Below are positions 58,989-64,000 of a DNA stretch of 64,000 bases, piece by piece (the stretch's first letter is position 1; each line of letters starts with the position of its first letter). The notes under the pieces were generated by a model, which saw only the letters and a program-made list of their open reading frames with translations, had not been told where the DNA came from and searched no databases. The position numbers and the translations under genes were made by a program. This DNA is from Terriglobia bacterium (GTDB lineage Bacteria; Acidobacteriota; Polarisedimenticolia; Polarisedimenticolales; CAVOVZ01), in assembly GCA_963699985.1 (NCBI GenBank), contig CAVOVZ010000005.1, positions 90,462 to 154,461 on the forward strand, given 5' to 3'.

Positions 58989-59872
58989 GGACGCTTCCGG
59001 GGTGGCCGGATTCCTCGCCGCGCGCCGGCACGCACCGCAGTGGACCGGGCTCGCGGTGGTCGCGCGCCGACGGCCCCTTCGGCGGCGACCGGAAATGCCG
59101 CCGTCAGGGCCGGCAGAGGGGGGTCGCCTTCGTACAGGACTCGCTCGAGAAACAGCCCCGAAGGAGGCGCGGTCCACTCCGCGGGCGTTCCGATCTCGGG
59201 CGATTCCGGGAGCCGGTTCAATAGAAGGTCGCCGATCTGCACCGGCTCGATCTGCCCGGCGCCGACCTCGACGAGAGCTCCGACGATCCTGCGCACCATC
59301 TTCCAGAGGAAGTGCGATGCGACGAGCCGGACGAGAATCAGCGCCCCCTCGCAAACGACGTCGGCCCGTTCCACCACGACGATCCGACTCGGCTGCTCCG
59401 CGGGCCGCTCGCAGAACAGCGTGAAATCGTGCCGGCCCACGAAACGCTCGGCGGCTTCCCTCATGCGGTCCGCGTCGAGCGGCCGCTTGACCCACCAGAC
59501 GTGCCGCTTGCCGAACGCCGTGCGCCTGCGGCAGACCTGGTACAGGTAGCTTCGCGCCGTTGCGGCGTGCCGGGCGTGGAATCGGGCCTCCGCGGGCTCC
59601 ACGGAGAGAATGTGGATGTCCGGCGGAAGTCGCTCGTTCGTCCTGGTCCTGAGCACCCTCGGATCGATGGCCTCTTTCAGACGAAGATGCGCGGTCTGGG
59701 CGAGTGCGTGGACCCCGGCGTCGGTGCGCCCGGCGCCTCCCAGCTCGACCACCGGAACGACTTCCTGGACGGCCCTGAGGATCTCTCCCGCCACGGTGCG
59801 GGCGTTCTGCTGCGACTGCCAGCCGTGGTACCGGGTACCGTCGAACTCGATCGTCAGCCGGTAGGTTGCCAC
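58985..59872 (-). CDS. truA: tRNA pseudouridine(38-40) synthase
   Basis: EFDGTRYHGWQ, AGRTDAGVHA, FHAR, GRHDF, FLWKMVR and TAPPSGLFL motifs. Confidence 0.95.
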   Translation of the reverse strand: MATYRLTIEFDGTRYHGWQSQQNARTVAGEILRAVQEVVPVVELGGAGRTDAGVHALAQTAHLRLKEAIDPRVLRTRTNERLPPDIHILSVEPAEARFHARHAATARSYLYQVCRRRTAFGKRHVWWVKRPLDADRMREAAERFVGRHDFTLFCERPAEQPSRIVVVERADVVCEGALILVRLVASHFLWKMVRRIVGALVEVGAGQIEPVQIGDLLLNRLPESPEIGTPAEWTAPPSGLFLERVLYEGDPPLPALTAAFPVAAEGAVGARPPRARSTAVRAGARRGIRPPRKRP

Positions 59873-60044
59873 CAGAGATCATCCGGCCGCGGGGGGGACT
59901 GTGAAGTCTCGCCGGGCCGGTCGGATTATAGGGCGTGCGTCGCCTCCCGCGGAGCCACAATTATATAGAAGAATTAGAATTTTACTGCTCGATCCCACTG
60001 CGGTCCTGGGGATCGCAACCCGGGGCAGCGGGAGGGAATTCCGC

Positions 60045-60073
60045 TTGACGCCCAACCTCCGGCGGCGTATCAC
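60045..60073 (+). promoter_or_regulatory. Putative promoter of secreted paralog 1
   Basis: TTGACG-N17-TATCAC, with an AT-rich tract at ~59958-59985 upstream. Confidence 0.55.
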
Positions 60074-60191
60074 AAAGGCGACTCCAAGTACGCTTACGAG
60101 GGTTCTGTCTGCGCCAGGGGTGTGCCGAGGGTTCGGATTGAGCCGCCCGGTCGGGCGGTTCCTCCCCGGGGCGCTAAGGGGGTAAGACGCG

Positions 60192-62372
60192 ATGAGGAAC
60201 CGATTTCTCTTGCAGGCAGCGATCGGTCTCGGACTGATCGTGGGCCTGGCCGGCGTGCTGCCGGCGTTTGCTTCGGACGGAAGCGACGACATTCAGATCC
60301 TTCGCCCCGAGCCCGGCGCGAACAAGATCGTCCGCTTGGACCAGCCTCGCGAGTCGCTCGCAGACGGCGCGACCGTTTACCTGAACGACCACGACACGGG
60401 GCCGTTTTTCATTTTCGGGATCACGGGAACCCGCCGGCCGGACTGGGGCGAGCACCTCACGTTGGTGCCGAACACGCCCGCGCCGCTTCAGATCACTTCG
60501 ATCGAGTTCTCGATCACGGTCTCGGCGAACACGCGGCTGGTGGCCGAGTTCGATTTCTGGGACGTGTACAACACAGCCGCCAGCCCGGTGAACTCGGGCC
60601 TCCTCCGTGCCGAGGAGGGGAACTACGGCACGGTCCCGGCGAACGCATCGGGGTTCTTCTATCGCCAGATCCTGTTCCCGCTCGGCTCGCCGCTTCCCCT
60701 CGCGGATCCCGACGTGTTCGTGGAATTCAAGTACAAGACCACGACGGGCGCGGGCGCTCCTCTCAACCTCGCGATCCGGCCCATCGCGGACGGCAACGTC
60801 GCGGGCCCGCAGATCGGCGCCAGCGAGGATGACATCTACGTAGACCAGAACAGCGACGGCATCTTCACGTTCTCCGCGCTGAACGCCGGCGATCGGCGAC
60901 AGCTCAGCAGCACCGCGTGCAGTCCGAGCCTTGTGTGCGCGACGAACTGGAACTTCCACATCCGTGGCGCTTCGAATCCGAACGTGATCGATCCGGGGAT
61001 GAGCCTCTACGAGACCCCGCCGGGCGGAACGACGTACTTCAACGACCCGCTGCCGCCGGGGACCTTCGACTTCGACGACAACGGGAATCCCTGCGCTCCC
61101 GCGGGGTTCACCTCCGCGCCGTATACGGGCGGGATGATCCTCGAGGGCATTCCGGTCCTCACGGATTTCGACATCTCTCCCACCGACACGATCATCGGTC
61201 GGAACGGAGTGGCGAACCTGCCGGTTCCGGGAAGCTCCGCGACGATCCCCATCGAGATCCTGGCGCTGAGCCTCGTGAGCTCGCAGCCCATCACCGTGAA
61301 TTACACCAACGGAATGAACACGATCCCGACGCAGTGGAATGTCGAAGTCTGCCTCTCCGACAACCCGCAGCCCCAGGGAACGATGACCATCGTGAAGGGC
61401 GCTTGCCCCGGAGAGGGTGGGACGTACACGGCGACGGTCCCGGTCCTCCCCAAGCTGCGTTTCACGATCATCGGCACGCCGCCGGACCCGACGTGCAGCG
61501 GGCAGTTCACCCTCGACTTCGGGCCGATCGGTGCCCCGAGCCTCCTCTTCGACGAGACGGCCGGACACTGGTTCCCCACCGCTCCGGCTTCCATGGGGCT
61601 CATCGAGGATCCGATCGGCGGCACGGCCGTCGACGGGAACTGCGACGGGTTTGCCGACACGAATACGCTCCCGGTGACGAATCCGAACTTCTGGCCGGGA
61701 GTGCGGGCCCCTCGTTGCCCGAACGACTTGGTGTGCGACCCGGTCGGCGACCCGGTCAAGCGCCTCCAGACCGTCGTGGCGCAGCAGCCCAACATTGCGG
61801 CGCACGGCGTGCTCCCGGCGGAGACGCCGACCCTGACCGACAGCGATCTGGACGGCATCGAGGACATCGCCGACAACTGCGCGATCAATCCGAACCCGTT
61901 CCAGCAGGATACGGACAACGACACGGTCGGCGACGTGTGCGACAACTGCCCGACGATCTGCAACCCCGGGCAGGAGGACCTCGACGGCGACAACATCGGC
62001 GACCTGTGCGATTGCGCCCCCGCCGACCCGACGAACCCGACGCCCCCTGAGACGCTCGGGCTCCAGTACTCGGTTCCTTCCCCGGACAAGCAGACGATCA
62101 CGTGGCTTCCCAACGCGGGCGCGTTCCAGTACGACGTCGTTCGGGGCGATCTCTCCGCGCTGCCCGTCGGCCCCGGCGGGGGCGACGAGATTTGCTTCGA
62201 CAACCTCGCGGCCGCCACGGTGACGGACGCGGCGATCCCGAACCTCGGCGCGGGCTACTTCTACGTCGTTCGCGGAGAAAACCTCTGCGGCGGCGGGACG
62301 TACGGCAACACCCACACGAACCCCGGACCGCCCCTGAACGGGCCGGCGAGGAGCACGACGACCTGTCCGTAG
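60192..62372 (+). CDS. Secreted beta-rich protein with thrombospondin type-3 Ca-binding repeats and a Cys-containing C-terminal domain
   Basis: Signal peptide ending AFA; [14 protein letters not shown]...[20 protein letters not shown]...[14 protein letters not shown] repeats; C-terminal YDVVRGDL...[17 protein letters not shown]...CP. Confidence 0.85.
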   Translation: MRNRFLLQAAIGLGLIVGLAGVLPAFASDGSDDIQILRPEPGANKIVRLDQPRESLADGATVYLNDHDTGPFFIFGITGTRRPDWGEHLTLVPNTPAPLQITSIEFSITVSANTRLVAEFDFWDVYNTAASPVNSGLLRAEEGNYGTVPANASGFFYRQILFPLGSPLPLADPDVFVEFKYKTTTGAGAPLNLAIRPIADGNVAGPQIGASEDDIYVDQNSDGIFTFSALNAGDRRQLSSTACSPSLVCATNWNFHIRGASNPNVIDPGMSLYETPPGGTTYFNDPLPPGTFDFDDNGNPCAPAGFTSAPYTGGMILEGIPVLTDFDISPTDTIIGRNGVANLPVPGSSATIPIEILALSLVSSQPITVNYTNGMNTIPTQWNVEVCLSDNPQPQGTMTIVKGACPGEGGTYTATVPVLPKLRFTIIGTPPDPTCSGQFTLDFGPIGAPSLLFDETAGHWFPTAPASMGLIEDPIGGTAVDGNCDGFADTNTLPVTNPNFWPGVRAPRCPNDLVCDPVGDPVKRLQTVVAQQPNIAAHGVLPAETPTLTDSDLDGIEDIADNCAINPNPFQQDTDNDTVGDVCDNCPTICNPGQEDLDGDNIGDLCDCAPADPTNPTPPETLGLQYSVPSPDKQTITWLPNAGAFQYDVVRGDLSALPVGPGGGDEICFDNLAAATVTDAAIPNLGAGYFYVVRGENLCGGGTYGNTHTNPGPPLNGPARSTTTCP

Positions 62373-62399
62373 TCTCAGTTGGTTCTCGAAGTCGATCGT

Positions 62400-62435
62400 G
62401 GGCCGGGCGGTGCAATGCACCGCCCGGCCCTTTTT
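62400..62435 (+). terminator. Rho-independent terminator
   Basis: Perfect stem GGGCCGGGCGGTGCA-A-TGCACCGCCCGGCCC followed by TTTTT, 27 nt after the stop. Confidence 0.88.
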
Positions 62436-62630
62436 CGTCACAGCGCACAATCGAACGTGAATCGGCCGTGTTTGCCTCGAATCGTGCGGAAAACCGCGAC
62501 TGAAGCGAAGTGAACGAGCCGACACTGGATGCGGGGAGGAGTCTCGCCAGTGACCGCTATCTCCGACCGGCGGCCTTGGGCCCGGCCCCGACCGACCTCC
62601 CCGGTCGTACACCCGAGCCGGTGTTTCCCC

Positions 62631-62659
62631 TTGACGGAGCGTGACGGGCGGCGTACAGG
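62631..62659 (+). promoter_or_regulatory. Putative promoter of secreted paralog 2
   Basis: TTGACG-N17-TACAGG, sharing TTGACG-N10-GGCGGCGTA with the paralog-1 promoter. Confidence 0.5.
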
Positions 62660-62789
62660 ACATGGGAAGTATTCGGTCAGGCTGACTTTCTCCTGACTTT
62701 CTCTGTTCCGTTTCGGCGCATCCCCTGGGGTGTGGCGACGCGGAAAGCTCGTGGCGCCTGCGGCAGAAGTCCGCAGGGGGTGAGGGACG

Positions 62790-64000
62790 ATGAGAAGACC
62801 ATTCGTGCCGTGGGTGGTGCTCGGGATTGGATTGACCTTGGGGGTGGTGGGCAGCAACCCAGCGTTGGCCGCCGTCGGGGACGACGACCTCGAGCAGGTC
62901 CGGCCGGAGTCGGGCTCGAAGATCGCCCGAATCGACCGAGCGACGGAGAGCGTCACGGACGGCGCGACGATCTACCTGAACGACCACGACGGTGGGCCGT
63001 TTTTCATTTACGGGACCAGCACGGGGGGCCGGCGGCCCGACTGGGGCGAGCGCCTCTCGGTCGTTCCGAACACACCCGCGCCGCTCGAGATCCGCTCGAT
63101 CGAGTTCTCGATCAGCGTGAGCGCGAACACGACGCTCGTGACCGAGTTCGATATCTGGGACGTCTACAATACTGCCGCGAGCCCGGTGAACTCCGGCCTC
63201 CTGCGCTCCGAAGAGGGCAACTTCGGCACGGTCGCGGCCAATCCGGTGGGCCTGTTCTACCGCCAGATTCCGTTCTTGTTCAGCTCGCCGATTCCGCTGT
63301 CGGACCCCAGCGTGTTCGTGGAGTTCAAGTACAAGACGACCACGGGCGCCGGGGCTCCCCTGAACCTCGCGGTCCGGCCCGTCGCGGACACGAACGTTGC
63401 GGGACCGCAAATCGGGACGAGCGAGGACGACGTCTACACCGACCAGAACGCCGACGGGATCTTCACGTTCAGCGCGCCCAACGCGGGAGACCGCCGGCAG
63501 ACCTCGAGCAGCGCGTGCAGTCCCACGAACCTGTGCGCGACCAACTGGAACTTCCACATCCGGGGCGCGGCCAACCCGAATGTCATCGATCCCGGTATCG
63601 ATCTGTTCGAAACCCCGGCGGGCGGCGCCTCGTTCTTCAACAACTCCTGGCCGCGCGGGTTCTTCGACAACGACGACTTCGGCGACCCTTGCTCGCCGCC
63701 GGGGAACTACACCTCCGACGTCTACTCATCGGGAATCGTCCTTAAGGGTCTTCCGGTCTTCAACGACGGCGGGCTACAGCCGACCGACACCATCCTGCGG
63801 CGCCTCGCCACGGCGACGTTGCCATCGCCGGGGAGCTCCGCCACGATTCCGGTCGAGATCGTGGCCATGTCCCTCGTCAGTCAGACGCCCATCACGGTGG
63901 TGTACCGGAGCGGAGGGACCACGGTGTCGACGCAGTGGGACGTCTCCGTGTGCCTCTCGGACGAGCCTCAATCCCAGGGTTCGATGACGATCGTGAAGGG
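62790..64000 (+). CDS. Tandem paralog of 60192-62372 (5' part; runs off the window; absent from the ORF track)
   Basis: MRRPFVPWVVLGIGLTLGVVGSNPALA signal peptide, then DGATIYLNDHD...RRPDWGE...VPNTPAPL...[17 protein letters not shown]...[11 protein letters not shown], collinear with paralog 1. Confidence 0.9.
   Translation, partial: MRRPFVPWVVLGIGLTLGVVGSNPALAAVGDDDLEQVRPESGSKIARIDRATESVTDGATIYLNDHDGGPFFIYGTSTGGRRPDWGERLSVVPNTPAPLEIRSIEFSISVSANTTLVTEFDIWDVYNTAASPVNSGLLRSEEGNFGTVAANPVGLFYRQIPFLFSSPIPLSDPSVFVEFKYKTTTGAGAPLNLAVRPVADTNVAGPQIGTSEDDVYTDQNADGIFTFSAPNAGDRRQTSSSACSPTNLCATNWNFHIRGAANPNVIDPGIDLFETPAGGASFFNNSWPRGFFDNDDFGDPCSPPGNYTSDVYSSGIVLKGLPVFNDGGLQPTDTILRRLATATLPSPGSSATIPVEIVAMSLVSQTPITVVYRSGGTTVSTQWDVSVCLSDEPQSQGSMTIVK

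Noticed and set aside
57108-59960. N-terminal extensions in the ORF track (950-aa TMTC; likewise murD, fadJ, aroA, OmpA, mraZ)
   Set aside because: They overlap neighbouring genes or promoters; better starts with an RBS or stop-start overlap exist downstream.

Overview
High-GC bacterial chromosomal window, probably Acidobacteriota (inferred from an acidobacterial-type VWA protein and the style of the secreted proteins). It opens with the 5' half of the dcw cluster on the minus strand (mraZ-rsmH-ftsL-ftsI-murE-murF-mraY-murD-ftsW-murG), with a clear sigma70 promoter and an MraZ-box array. Next come an XRE-HTH/TPR regulator coupled to a secreted protein, a histidine kinase, ligA, two sigma54 activators, a receiver protein and degP, fadI/fadJ-like beta-oxidation genes, an M1 peptidase, gatB and ftsEX. 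An envelope region follows: peptidase-propeller-Omp85 protein, TPR protein, aroA, beta-barrel, VWA, OmpA, lipoproteins and LysM-M23. The end holds asnB, an interrupted pfpI, HAD, a large secreted metallopeptidase, NUDIX, a TMTC-like glycosyltransferase, truA and two tandem paralogous secreted proteins. No rRNA, tRNA, CRISPR, transposase or phage genes were recognised. The most unusual signal is a structured ~132-bp dispersed repeat. Two tandem copies (265 bp, with GAG duplicated at the junctions) split pfpI, and a diverged third copy lies upstream of the dcw promoter. Other leads are a possible shared C-terminal sorting domain on unrelated secreted proteins, an RRNPP-like regulator/secreted-protein pair, and two enzymes with altered or degenerate catalytic motifs. 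All family assignments come from motif recognition by eye, not from database searches.
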